Shown: positions 36,454-48,302, numbered from the stretch's first letter. The stretch: 64,000 nt of DNA from Centroscyllium fabricii (GCA_051313645.2 JBNRSN020000012.1:28024001-28088000); one strand, 5' to 3'. Notes: generated by a model from the letters alone, not told the origin. Numbers and translations are program-made.

Positions 36454-37131
36454 CAGGTTGGGCACCGGTAATCCGGCGCCCGATGATCCGGCACCTTCAG
36501 TGGTCTGGCACAAATTCTTCAGTTTGCGGAGCCGCTCGCCGACCAACGCTTTCAAGCAGGCGCACAGTACCCAGCATCTACAGACACATCCTGACATACA
36601 TGGAAACCTCGTGGAAAATGTGGGAAAATGCTTTGGAGCTGGGAAAATGGGGATTTAATTAGTTTCAACACCCTCCTAACAAGCACAATTGAATGACCCG
36701 CCGCTCAGCGCCGTGTCTGCGAAGCGCAGGCAGAACCGGCACTCAGGAAACGGACAAGGAAGCTGGTTCAGAGCGGGATACCGGCCCACTGTCAATCTTT
36801 TTGATTTTGACAACGGTTCCGCCTCCAAACCCGTTCTCTGAGCGCTGGCAAATTCCGCCCAAAGTGGGGGTTTGAGTAATTACCCCATAAATATTAGGGC
36901 CAGTGTGCATCCTCCACTGAACAAAACCCGGTGCTGCTTGTGTGGTCTTCACTGAAATTTATATTCATTGGTTTCAGCAAAGGTTGCGTGGTTTTGAATC
37001 ACCGTTTAAGTGTTCTATCCCCGGGGAATGTTCTACCCGCGCATTCTACCAGAACCTTCAGTGGTCCAGCATTTTCAATGGTCTGGCACCGGCCTGGTCC
37101 CGAGGGTGCCGGATTACCGGTGCCCAACCTG
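36454..37131. mobile_element. Tc1/pogo-like MITE, long form with a unique interior
   Basis: TA|CAGGTTGGGCACCGGTAATCCGG ... CCGGATTACCGGTGCCCAACCTG|TA. Confidence 0.85.
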
Positions 37132-38022
37132 TATTGGCAAATTGCAGTCAACGTGATTTTACAATATGCGCTGATGGCGGGCAAGATTTCCCACTGCCAA
37201 CGTGTACTTGGAAAAGGATCTCTTATGGCTTAATACCAATTGTAAAATGGCCCCACTAGTTCAGGGGCCACCTTGTGATAATTGACTAAATAATTGCACC
37301 CCCGCTTCCCACACTCAGTAGAGAGAAGGGCCTGTGTCCAAGGGCACGACAGGCCTCATAATATTCCATCACCTTCATTCTACTGTATAAGCCTTTCATT
37401 GTAAAGCGGGCAAGGCAACTTCTAACATATCGGTGGTAATCCTGACTTTGTGCGTGTGTGTTAGTGTAAAATGAGTGATGGCGAATCGGCAGTCTGTTTT
37501 TGTACAATCGCACAATGTCAAAATGACCCATATCCAGTCTTGGGTTTGGAACTAGTTGAGCAGGGAAAGCCAGCTCTTTATTACTGATGATGAATTTAGT
37601 TATGTCTCATGGCCCTGGGGCTCATCCCAGTGCATCAATAGAGCAATGGATGACCCTCCCTCGCCACCAAGGAGAAGACATGATGGTTAGACTAATATAT
37701 GAGAATTTATCAGACACCATCTGAGAGAAAATACAAAAAGCAAAGTGTACGGCTTGTATCCTCTGAAGTTCAAGTTCAAGTTTATTGTCACATGTACTAA
37801 ATACAATCTAGACAGTGAAATGCTTATTGCGATCTGAACGCACCGCGCAACAACCGTGCAACAAGGACATTAAGCTGCCCGGCATGCACGGAGCCTCAGC
37901 CCGCAAGACGTCAGCCATTCTACGGCGCCATCATCATGGGTCCCGTTCCTGCTCCGGCTACTCAGTTTGATGTTTTCGTCCTCTGCCGCTCCGTTTATTT
38001 TGCTCCGCCGCTGTCTCTTCCA

Positions 38023-38436
38023 TTGGCACGGTGGCGCAGTGGTTAGCACTGTTGTCTCACAGCACCGGAGACCCGGGTTCAAATCCAGCCTCGGGTGACT
38101 ATCTGTGTGGAGTTTGCACATTCTCCCCGTGTCTGCGTGGGTTTCCTCCGGGTGCTCCGGTTTCCTCCCACAGTCCAAAGATGTGCGCGTTAGGTTGATT
38201 GGCCATGATAAATTGACCCTTAGTGTTAGGGGGATTGAATATGTGGGGGTACGGGGATAGGGTGAGATATGTGTCGGTGCAGGCTCGATAGGGATCGAGC
38301 GATATGGGGAGAGGGTAGGGGCGGGGTACTGAGTTTGGATGATCAGCCATGATCTCATTGAATGGCGGAGCAGGCTCGAAGGGCCGAATGACCTACTCCT
38401 GCTCCTAGTTTCTATGTTTCTATGTTTCTATGTTTC
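38023..38436 (+). mobile_element. HE1 V-SINE
   Basis: Head, V-domain and (ttctatgt)n tail. Confidence 0.85.
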
Positions 38437-39253
38437 TCGTCGCAGATGTGAAGCGGTTTCCGAAGGCCCGGGGGCCTGCCTCTCGGCCTGACACCATACC
38501 GGCTCCCACAAATCCTGTTGAGCTACGGGAAGCGGTGACCGAATGCCTGGGGCCTGCCTCTCGGGCACCCACCCACCGGATACTCCCGAAACCTGAACTC
38601 CGGGAGCCGCGGCCCTGGGCCTACCTTTCGGCCCGACGCCGTGCCGGCTCCCCCCGAATCCACCGAGCTCCGAACTCCGGGAGCAGCACCCGAAGGCCTG
38701 AGTTGATAGCGCTGTGCTTTTGTACGTTTAATGTTATGATGAAGTTATGGAAAGCACATGTAAGCTCGTAATCCTGTTTATTGCACCCTGAGCCTGTGGT
38801 GGTTTATAGAACGGGGGATTATAGTTTGTGTAATCACCAGGCCCCCACTTTAATAAGCAACGTCCAGTAGGGCGGGAAGACCATTTTGTTTTGAGTAAGG
38901 TTCCGTTGCTAAGAGTACCAAAGAGGTGCAGGTCGAGTCTAGTAATTACCATATTTATATTCTGAGAATCAGCATCAGATATTACAACTGGTTTTGCCAT
39001 TTAAGTTTAAGCTTCAGTGCGGAAAAGGATGTTTCAGCGGTTCTCACCGCCACAGATGCCAGAGGCGGTTGTCCATGGCAACGTTAAGCATGTTTGAAAA
39101 ATCCCATCAATGAGGAGAGCATCCCTTTAGACCTTGGCTGGGGGCTGGGGTGAGAGGGCATGGGTGATACTGGAGCCTTGTACCCTAGACTGGGAGACCA
39201 TGGTTTGAAAATACTGGGAAGTTGAGTCAAAGCAATGCAATAAAAAAAAAATA

Positions 39254-39567
39254 CAGGTCCAGCAGCTTCAGTGGTTTGGCACGATTGGAAACCGGCGTTT
39301 TTCATTTTGCGGCATAGCCGCTCGGCGGTGCCACCGTTTCCCGTGAAGGGTGGGCGAGCACCGAAGGCGTCGGGCTTTTGGGTTGCTGTTTTTCAGGTCT
39401 TGTAAGTGTTCTATCCCCGGGCTCCCTCCTGGGAAGTGTTCTACCCGCGTGCTTCAGGCCCCGGGGAGTGTTCTACCCGCGCTCCCCCCCGAACCTTCAG
39501 TGGTTTGGAATTTTCAGTGGTCCGGCACCAGCCTGGTCCCGAGGGTGCCGGATTAACGCTCAACCTA
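39254..39567. mobile_element. Tc1/pogo-like MITE, short form
   Basis: TA-flanked and collinear with 15569-15906, with small terminal deletions. Confidence 0.8.
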
Positions 39568-39569
39568 TA

Positions 39570-40158
39570 TAGGATGATATCAGAACTGAGAGAATATACT
39601 TATCAGGAAAGGCTGATCGGGCTGGGGCTCTTTTCTCTAGAAAAGAGAAGGCTGAGGGGTGACCTGATCGAGGTCTTTAAAATTATGAACGGGTTTGATG
39701 GAGGAGTTCAAAACTAGAGGTCATAAATATTTGCTCCCTCTCATTTTGTTTTTGGCACGTGACCCCTTACAGCGGCCGTGCATGCGGGCATTAGTTTCAG
39801 CAGCAGTATCTGGTGAGCGCCCTGCGTGGGAACCCCTGATTGGTGCGCAACACGCGGCTCAGGGGGAACATTGGCCACAAATATAAGACAGTCACTAATA
39901 AATTCAACAGGGAATTCAGGAGAAACTTCTTTATTCAGAGCGTGGCGAGAATGTGGAACTCGCTACCACAGAGAGTGGTTGAGGCGAATAGCAGAGAAGC
40001 ATTTCAGGGGAAGCCGGATTAGCACATGTGAGAGAGAGGAAGAGAAGGGTATGCTGATAGGGTTAGATTAAGAGGGGTGGGAGATGGCTCGTGTGGAGCA
40101 TGAACACTGGCATGGACCAGTTGGACCGAATGGCCTGTTTCTGTGCTGTGGACTCTAT
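39570..40158 (+). mobile_element. CR1 3' fragment containing a ~145-bp hAT-like MITE (about 39728-39873)
   Basis: YQERLIGLGLFSLEKRRLRGDLIEVFK; the insert has tgctccctct / agggggaaca ends and a degenerate 8-bp TSD. Confidence 0.7.
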
Positions 40159-40997
40159 GGGGGGGATTTTCATGTCCCCGTGAGGCAGGGTTTTGGGCGG
40201 CCCGGCTGGCAAAATAACGGAACCGGCAGGTCCCGCCCCCCTCCTCGCAGGATCCCCGCCGCTTTCTCATTTTTGCCCGCCCAGATTCCCCGCCCCGAAA
40301 CCTTCCCGCCGCCGACCGGCGGGGATGGGTTGTCACCTCGTTAAAGGCCCTTAATTGGCATCTTTAAAGCCATTTTAAGGACCCTCAGCCATTTTGCCCT
40401 GTTTCCCGCCCTAACCCCGCCACCCTAAACACCGCTAGGTGAAACCCAGCGGGAGCACAGCGCTGGTCATTACTGTTGGACTATAACCTAGTGTTGTGTG
40501 ACTTCTTGCATTTATTACTTTCTCCTTTAAGGTGTGAAGGACATGCTGCCAAATGCTTGGCATGCCTCCAGCACCTTAGAGGAGTAAGTAACTCTGTTCT
40601 GGCTGCAGCAGCAGCTCTGAGCAGAAACTGAGCAATCTCAGCTCTGAACAGCTCCTGACAGCCGCTGCGAGCTGTGAGGGATTATGAGCCCGCCCGCCCA
40701 CCTGTCAGTCGCCAGCACTTGGCCTTTCCCATTGGCTCCACTCCACTGTGATGTTACAGAGGAGTGTTTTCATGGGAACTGACGACAACCAGTGCTGGAA
40801 CTGTCAATCAAACTGCTTGCAGCACCGCTGCAGCCCAACTCGATTGACCTAATTACCTCCCGCTGCCGCCGACGGGGATTTAACAACCTTCTTGAACTAA
40901 AATTGCGTGGCCTTCCCAGCTGTTTGGGCGGGCGGGACCGGAAGCTGCCCAGACCAATCCCCGCCAGGTTCCCGCCCTAATGGCAAAATCACCCCCA
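40159..40997. mobile_element. Harbinger-like MITE (family C)
   Basis: gggggattttc ... gcaaaatcaccccc termini; inverted homolog of 19970-20710. Confidence 0.75.
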
Positions 40998-41013
40998 ATG
41001 TAACTCTGTATAA

Positions 41014-41408
41014 CGGGCGGCACGGTGGCATAATGGTTAGCACTGTTGCCTTACAGCACTAGAGACCCGGGTTCAAATCCAGCCTCGGGTGACTATCTGC
41101 GTGGAGTTTGCACATTCTCCCCGTGTCTGCGTGGGTTTCCTCCGGGTGCTCCGGTTTCCTCCCACAGTCCAAAGATGTGCAGGTTAGGTTGATTGGCCAG
41201 GATAAATTGACCCTTAGTGTTCGGGGGATTGAATATGTGGGGTTACGGGGATATGGTGGGATATGTGCCGGTGCAGGCTCGAGAGGGATATGTGGACAAG
41301 GCAGGGACAGGGTGCTGGGTTTGGCTGATCAGCCATGATCTCATTGAATGGCGGAGCAGGCTCGAAGGGCCGAATGGCCGACTCCTGCTCCTATCTTCTA
41401 TGTTTCTA
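41014..41408 (+). mobile_element. HE1 V-SINE
   Basis: Head, V-domain and CR1-type tail. Confidence 0.85.
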
Positions 41409-42200
41409 TATACATAATGTTATATAAACAGCCCAGTGTACAAAGTGATGTGGTCAATTGTATGTGAAATATATTTTCTTTGTAGTCCACCTGCATGTGC
41501 ATGTGAAAGACCTCTGAGCAATTTTCAGTTGAATGGTTACAAGGAAATTGGGTGTAACCGTGGGAGATTTGTGCCTCTTTTTATTGCAGTCTTATCTCAA
41601 AGATGAACGAGCGAGCATGTTGAGACAAGTTCTACGAGGTGCACAATGGAGCATGTGGCTGTAACACAACATTATACCTTTGTTGGGTGGTAGCTGTGTA
41701 GCCTGACTGACACAAAGATCAGTGCAGTCACAATTGATTGTTTTTTTTTCCAAAACGAGAATATTGGGGTGGGCGAGTCAGAAAAAAAACGCCCTGAAAG
41801 CTGTGGTTTCTCGGTTGTCATAACTACACACATAGGAAGACTTCAACTGTGACATGAAGTGACAGAAAACAATCACAAATAACCTACTTTAATGGACTGT
41901 CTAACCCCACAGCTTGCAGAGGCATTAATGATTAATCCAATATCATGGTAGCGCATTATGTTGGTTCTCCCATCCCTCCTTCCCAGGTGTCAGCCATGGC
42001 TTAGTGGGTGGCACGCTTACCTCTGAGCTGAAAGATTGTGGGTTCAAGTCTCACTCCAAAGGCTTGTGCACAAAATCCAGACCAACACTCTGCAGTGCTG
42101 AGGGGGTGCTGCACTGTCGGAGGTGCCGACTTTCGGATGAGATGTTAAACCGAGGCCCCGCCTGCTCTCTCGGGTGGATGCAAAAGATCCCGCGGCACTA

Positions 42201-42661
42201 CAGGTTGAGCACCGGTGATCCGGCACCCGATGTGCCGGCACCTTCAGTGGTTCGGCACAAATGGAAACCGGCGGTCTGCAGTTTGCGGAGTAGCCGCTCG
42301 GCGACGCCACCGTTTCCCGCGAAGGGTGCGCGAGCGCCGAAGGCGTCGGGCGTTTAGCTTTCTGTTTTTTTAGTGTTCTATCCCCGGGCTCCCTCCCGGG
42401 GAATGTTCTACCCGTGCGCTCCGGGCCCCGGGGAGTGTTCCAAGAGTAAGGAATGGCGAGCTGTCAACATCACCGTGGAGAGTCCGGCACAATTCCAGGT
42501 TGGGTTTAAAGCCATGAAATCGGATGTCGGAGAGACCGGTTACATTGCCATTGATGACGTTGAGTATTATCCTGAAGTGAACCACCTTCAGTGGCTCGGA
42601 ATTTTCAATGGTCCGGCACCGGCCTGGTCCTGAGGGTGCCGGATTAACGGTGCTCAACCTG
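42201..42661. mobile_element. Tc1/pogo-like MITE carrying a captured MAM-domain-like fragment
   Basis: TA|CAGGTTGAGCACCG ... CGGTGCTCAACCTG|(c)a; has about 140 bp not present in the 15569 and 39254 copies. Confidence 0.85.
42441..42583 (+). pseudogene. Captured coding fragment resembling the C-terminal strands of a MAM domain
   Basis: Open frame KSKEWRAVNITVESPAQFQVGFKAMKSDVGETGYIAIDDVEYYPE fits the MAM pattern W..a.v......FQv.Fe......G.IAiDDv. Confidence 0.75.
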
Positions 42662-43347
42662 CATTTCGAAGAAGAGCAGTGGCGTTGTCCCCGGTGTCCT
42701 GACCAATGTTTATCCCTCAATCAACATAACAAAATCAGATCATCTGGTCATTATCACATTGCTGTTTGTGGGAGCTTGCTGTTTGCAAATTGGCTGCCGC
42801 GTTTCCTACATTACATCAGTGACTCCACTCCAAAATTATTTCATTGGCTGTAAAGTGCTTTGGGATATCCCAAGGTCACAAAAAGCGCTATATAAATGCA
42901 ATGTTCGTTCTTTCTTTTCTCTTCCCTTGCCTCGCTGTGAGTTGCCAGGCTTATTGGGCAATCTAGTTGAGAAGACAATAAGTGGAGTCCAGAGGGAGGG
43001 AATGGGGGCTAATCTACGGTTGGTTCAACTTGATACCTTCAGATGTCCAGCTCAAAGGAGGTGTTTCTATTAACCATCTAAATTTGGGGACTGGTGTGTG
43101 GCTGGGAAATGTAATGAGATGGGAGGAAATAATTCCCAAACTTGAGGAAAGGGTTTGCAGCATGGTGTCAAAGAGCCCTATCTATGGCTTGACAACTAAA
43201 ATTCCTCTGAGAGCTCAGTAGAGTGTGACAGAAACAATCGCACGGGAAGTGTCTCAATGGATTTACTGCACGTACATGTAATCATTTGATTACCGGAGAG
43301 GAAAAGATCGTGTTTAATCTAACCTTTCATTCAATCATTTTTAACAG

Positions 43348-43472
43348 CCACGTCGACAGGATAACAACATGGCACGATCCACGAAAGACCATGAGTCAGA
43401 TGAACCTGAACACAGCTGGCACATCAAACCAGATGCAGCAGAGGTCCATGCCCGTGCCTCACCCAAATCCTG
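43348..43472 (+). CDS. WWTR1: WWTR1/TAZ internal coding exon (C-terminal half of WW1 + linker; equivalent to exon 3)
   Basis: Acceptor ttttaacag| and donor |gtgagt; 125 nt, phase 2 to 1, translating (N)HVDRITTWHDPRKTMSQMNLNTAGTSNQMQQRSMPVPHPNP(G). ITTW.DPRK and QRSM...PN match TAZ better than YAP1, whose equivalent reads TTTWQDPRK...QQNMMNSAS. Confidence 0.9.
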
Positions 43473-43870
43473 GTGAGTTCCCATTCCATCAGCACTATTC
43501 ATTTCCTAAACCAGGTGTCGGACGCTGTTGCAGAAAGGTTCTGCTTTAACAATCAAGGTGCCACTATTAGACCATTCTGAGCATCTTACGGACTGTGCTG
43601 CCTTCTTCCAACTCCCTTTGTATCTCCAATGTATAGATTTTATACACAATCAACAACACAAGTTGAATGCAGTGTGGAACAGTTTCTAAGCTCTATTTCC
43701 GCATAACAATACCTGTTGACGCGCACGTAGACGGTTTCGTCTACCAGATCCTTGTCTTTGGGTGGACAGGACATCTAGATCCATGTGTAATGCTTTGATA
43801 TGCAGCACATCCCTTTAAATCTGGAACCTGAACCACTCTCAGCAGTGTGTCATTAGGTTGTAAGTAACTA

Positions 43871-44340
43871 CAGGTTGAGCACCGTTAATCAGGCATCCTC
43901 GGGACCAGGCCGGTGCCGGACCACTGAAAAATCCGAACCACTGAAGGTTCGGGGAGCGCATGCGCAGCCCATTCAAAATGGCCACTGCGCCTGCGCAGAC
44001 CATTGAAAGTGGCCGCCGCACCTGGGCAGACCATTCAAAATGGCCACCGCACCTGCGCAGACCATTCAAAATGGCCACCGCACCTGCGCAGACCATTCAA
44101 AATGGCCGCCACGCCTGCGCAGACCATTCAAAATGGATGCCGCACATGCGCAGACCATTCAAAATGGACGCCGCACATGCGCAGACCATTCAAAATGGCT
44201 GCTGCGCATGCGCAGACCAGTCGGGGAGAGGCCCGCACATCACAAGCGTCCCTGGGATCATGTGGGCCGGCCAGTCGGATTCGTGCTGGACCACTGAAGG
44301 TGCCGGACCATCGGGTGCCGGATTAACGGTGCACAACCTG
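43871..44340. mobile_element. Tc1/pogo-like MITE with an internal 31-bp tandem array
   Basis: TA|CAGGTTG...CAACCTG|TA; unit gcgcagaccattcaaaatggccaccgcacct repeated about 8 times (43960-44217). Confidence 0.85.
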
Positions 44341-44996
44341 TATTTGACCTGTTCATCAACCACTTCTTGATCTACTGATACTGGGTGCGGTGACCCTACA
44401 TTCTGGTTGTGGTTACATTGTCTGCGACTGTTGCCTTTTGCTGGTTTTTGTACTGTTAAGCCTTTCTTCATTTTTGATTAAAGCACTTTGAATTCTACCT
44501 GCTTAATTTACCTGACGGGTCTACAGTTGTGTTGGATGAAGGGGTCGTTGTTGCCTCACTGAGGAGAGTCCAGATTGTGGCCAAACCCTGACACAGCCAA
44601 GCAGGACCTTCTCTCGAACTCTGCAATGGCTCTCTGCTGGCCGGCTAAAACTGGGCGGGGCTTTCTGAGCGCTCCTTCTTCTGTCAGGCGCTGTTTGCTT
44701 TCTCGAGTTTTATTTCTTCATGTTTAATTTTTTTTTCTGAATGAAAAGAATTGGGTGTCAAATGCATTTGCTCGATAATGAGCGTGTTGTTGAGCGTTCC
44801 TCTCTTTACCAACCTGACCCTTTACCAGAAACAATGCCATGGGTGTTTACCTTAGTACCTGTGATTTAATAAGGTGTTTCTGTACCAGCAGCGCAACTTG
44901 AGAACCCTGCTGTGTGCCAGTAAGATTTCCAGACTTTACTCCACTGGGATGAGAGGGAGGTGCTTTGCTGGGGTTAGTAGTTAGTACGGCAAGCAA

Positions 44997-45351
44997 TAAG
45001 GTTGCCAACCCTTGAGAATTGCCCTGGATTAATCTTCTGGACAATGCTGCGCGCATCACCTGGGAGAAAATCATTGGGGCATTAAAAATGTTTTTTTTTT
45101 TCATTTTCATCAAACACTTTTGCTTATTAATTATGAAAATATGAGCGATGGGGAAAAAATGTCTGACTGAGAGTGCAGAATCATCCAGTCAGGTAATGAA
45201 GAGTCTGTTTCCCAGTTGGCGTGGGAACGGCGGTGTGCCGTGAGGGGGATGGACATGTTGGGTGACCAATCGCCGGAGCTAGGGGGTGAGGTGGCAGGAG
45301 GTCATGTGATGAATCTTCCAGGGATGCGTCCAATAAGAGTTGGGAACCCTA
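44997..45351. mobile_element. Old hAT-like MITE
   Basis: taaggttgccaac / gttgggaacccta TIRs and a degenerate 8-bp TSD gcaagcaa / acaatcaa. Confidence 0.6.
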
Positions 45352-45373
45352 ACAATCAAACAAGCAAAGCTGT

Positions 45374-46082
45374 ACGATAGCAAAATACTGCAGATGCTGG
45401 AAATCCGAAATTACAACAGAAAATGCTGGAAAAACTTCAGCCTTTCGGGTTAGGACCCTTTGTCAAGACTGAAGCAAGGAAATGAAACAGGTGAGAAGGC
45501 CGGGGGAGCTGGGGGAGAACAAAAAGGGAAGAGAAAACAAAAGAGAAAAGACATTAAGAGTTATTCAAACTGAGACGAGGTAGTGATGGGGCTGCGGACA
45601 GGAGTCAGCTATAGATAAGCTGTGAAAAGCACCGGCACAATGGGAGGCGGCTGCCATATGGGAGAGAGAAAAAAGAAAAGAGAGAAGGGAGGCCAAATAA
45701 AAGTGTGGATAATTTCAGCCCCCGTTATATTTTTACCTATTTTTATCCACACCTTTTATTTGGCCTCCCTGCTCTCTTTTTTCTCTCTCCCATATGGCAG
45801 CCGGCTCCCATTCTGCCAGTGCTTTTCACACCTTATCTATAGCTGTCTCCTGTCTCCAGCCCCATTACCATCTTGTCTCATTTTGAAAACCTTTTAATGT
45901 CTTTTCTCTTTTGTTTTCTCTTCCTTTTTGTTCTCTCCCAGCTCCCCCTGCCTTCTCACCTCTTTCATTTCCTTGCTTCAGTCTTGACAAAGGGTCCTAA
46001 CCCGAAACGTCGACTCTATATTTCTCTCTTCACGAATGTTGCCTGGCCTGCTGAGTTTTTCCAGCATGTTCTGTTGTTATTT
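45374..46082. mobile_element. PLE fold-back insertion (two inverted 3'UTR copies)
   Basis: About 330-bp imperfect inverted arms and a 16-bp TSD aaacaagcaaagctgt (45358-45373 / 46083-46098). Confidence 0.8.
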
Positions 46083-47302
46083 AAACAAGCAAAGCTGTTG
46101 TTCTATTGCATTTGTTTCCAAGCTTCCTGATAGTTCAATGGATAAAAGCACTGTCTGGTGTGGTACTAAGACATGTAGACCAAGACGATCCCAGGTTAGA
46201 CCTCTGGTCAATACCGAGTTAGGCAATGTCAGCTGGAGGTGTGAGTAGAGGATCCCTGATGAATGTCATGGGACCTCTGCTGCTAGGTGGTGACATGTGG
46301 TTGTGATTCTTCATCATGGACTAATTGCCCACCGACGCTCACTGTCCAGGCTCTCACGTGAAGATTGGCCATTTTGTCATGGAGCACCACCACTATCTTT
46401 ATCAACATGGCCCAGCATTGGTCAGCTCCTTCAGGACAGAAGGAGCAAGGGAAGCAAAATGAAGTGGGGTGTGTGGTGTTGGTTGACTAATGGATGTATA
46501 AAACCATGGGATAGTAGGATGTGGAAATAATTTTCTCAGTTCACTATCCATTAGGTTTAATGGATAGAAAATGTTGGGCAGCGTGCCCGCAATTTCCTGA
46601 GATGCACGGCTGGTGGACAAAGTGTCTTGCTGGCAGTATGAACGCGCAAAAGCAACTCTTAACGAAAGTCAAGAGGTTTTGACAGATGAAATATCCGTGT
46701 TTGACAGCTGTTTGAAGCTGTCAAACACTGACAGTCTTACTTCTAACATGAGTCCTTCTCCACAGACTCAGTTAGAAATCTCTCCTGCACAGAAAGCTGC
46801 AGGCTGTCACTTTTGACAGTTCGCAGCCATTCTGCTTTCTGTGCCAATGAGATGAGGGACTCCCGAGACCTAAAGGAAGGAAGGCTGAAAACGTAATTAC
46901 GTGTAAGAAAAACTTCTTTAAACACTTTACACGCACCAAACACACTTACCTTTGCACTCATGCACACATCACTCACCTGAACAACGGACATCTCGACCCC
47001 TCCAAGTCCTTCAACCCGAGGGCCCGCCTCGCAAACTTGACATGGTTTGGAGCCGTCGGGAGTCCCACACTTCAGCATTAAAAATAGGCATTAGGCTAAA
47101 AACTGCCTGTTAAATACCTGTTAACAGGCAGTTCATTGGCACTAATCCCTTCCCGCCTCGGGTAGGTGGGTCCCAGTGCGGGCCGGGTACCCACCTCCTT
47201 TGAAACTGGCATGGAGGCGGGTTGGGTACGGGATGGTGTCGGGACCCCCGAATTTGGGATTTTAAACCCCCGCATGCCTCTAATCCCGCCTCCACGCCAG
47301 GA

Positions 47303-47667
47303 CGACATGGTGGCGCAGTGGTTAGCACCGCTGCCTCGCAATAAGGAGCTCTTGGGTTCGAATCCTGCTTGGCCCGGGGACCTCTCTGTGTGGAGTTTGC
47401 ATGTTCTCCCCGTGTTCCTGTGGGTTTCCTCCGGGTACTCCGGTTTCCTCCCACCACCCAAAGACATGCAGGTTAGGTGAATTGGAGATACTAAAAATTG
47501 CCCCATGAGCATGTGTGTGAGATATAGTTCTTAGAGTTGGGGGATGTGGGGAGAGGGTAGGAGGGAGGTGCTGGGTTTGGATGATCAGCCATGATCTCAT
47601 CAAAATGGCGGAGCAGGCTCGAAGGGCCGAATGGCCTACTCCTCCTATCTTCTGTTTCTGTGTTTCC
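47303..47667 (+). mobile_element. Divergent V-SINE subfamily
   Basis: ggtggcgcagtggttagc head, V-domain, distinct middle segment and CR1 tail. Confidence 0.75.
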
Positions 47668-48069
47668 ACGGCTCAATGAAAATCCTGCCCTATGTCTCAG
47701 TCCAACCTGTCCGCCGTGTCTTCCAGTAAGTGCGAGCGCCGTGTTTGCCTGCCAAAAGAGGTGGAAACCCAGAGTGAATATATAACAAAGGTTTCTAACT
47801 TGAGCAGCCGTTCCCTCCCCTTGGGTTCAAACCCTTGCATTGCCAAACACTCAGCTCGTCTGTGCAACTCGTGCTCTGAGTTATCTGTTGCATAAAGTCC
47901 TCTAGCAGTAAATTATTTCCAAATGTGAGTTCAGTTTTGGGGCTCCTGTGATTAAATGGAATATGAGTTAGTTAGTCTGCCTGTTTATCATACACATTAC
48001 TTTTCTTTTTTTATGCTAAAACGGCTGAAGGTTCCCCACAGATGCACAGGCTTTTTAAAGTTTATCAGG

Positions 48070-48302
48070 GATTTTTTTTTTAATGCAGCGAGTTGTGATC
48101 TGGAAGGCGCTGCGTGAAAGGGCGGTGGAGGCCGATTCAATAGTAACTTTCAAAAGGGAATTGGATAAATACTTGAGCAGGAAACATTTACAGGGCTATG
48201 GGGAAAGGGCAGGGGAGTGGGACTAATTGGATCGCTCTTTCAAAGAGCCAGCACAGGCACGATGGGCTGAATGGCCTCTTGCTGTGCTGTATCATTCTAT
48301 GA
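48070..48302 (+). mobile_element. CR1 3' end
   Basis: ttcaaaagggaattggataaatacttg...gatgggctgaatggcct...attctatg. Confidence 0.7.

Larger units (their letters stand above)
41985..42920 (+). mobile_element. DeuSINE interrupted by a MITE
   Basis: Host reads agatcccgcggcacta|tttcgaagaagagcag across the insertion. Confidence 0.8.

Noticed and set aside
42373-42633. Genuine exon of a nested MAM-domain gene
   Set aside because: It lies inside MITE TIRs within a SINE, has no polypyrimidine/AG acceptor at its start, and no other MAM exons were seen in the window.
46120-46400. Ancient tRNA-derived SINE remnants (also about 3170-3460 and 36190-36395)
   Set aside because: Too degenerate to name or delimit without a library search.
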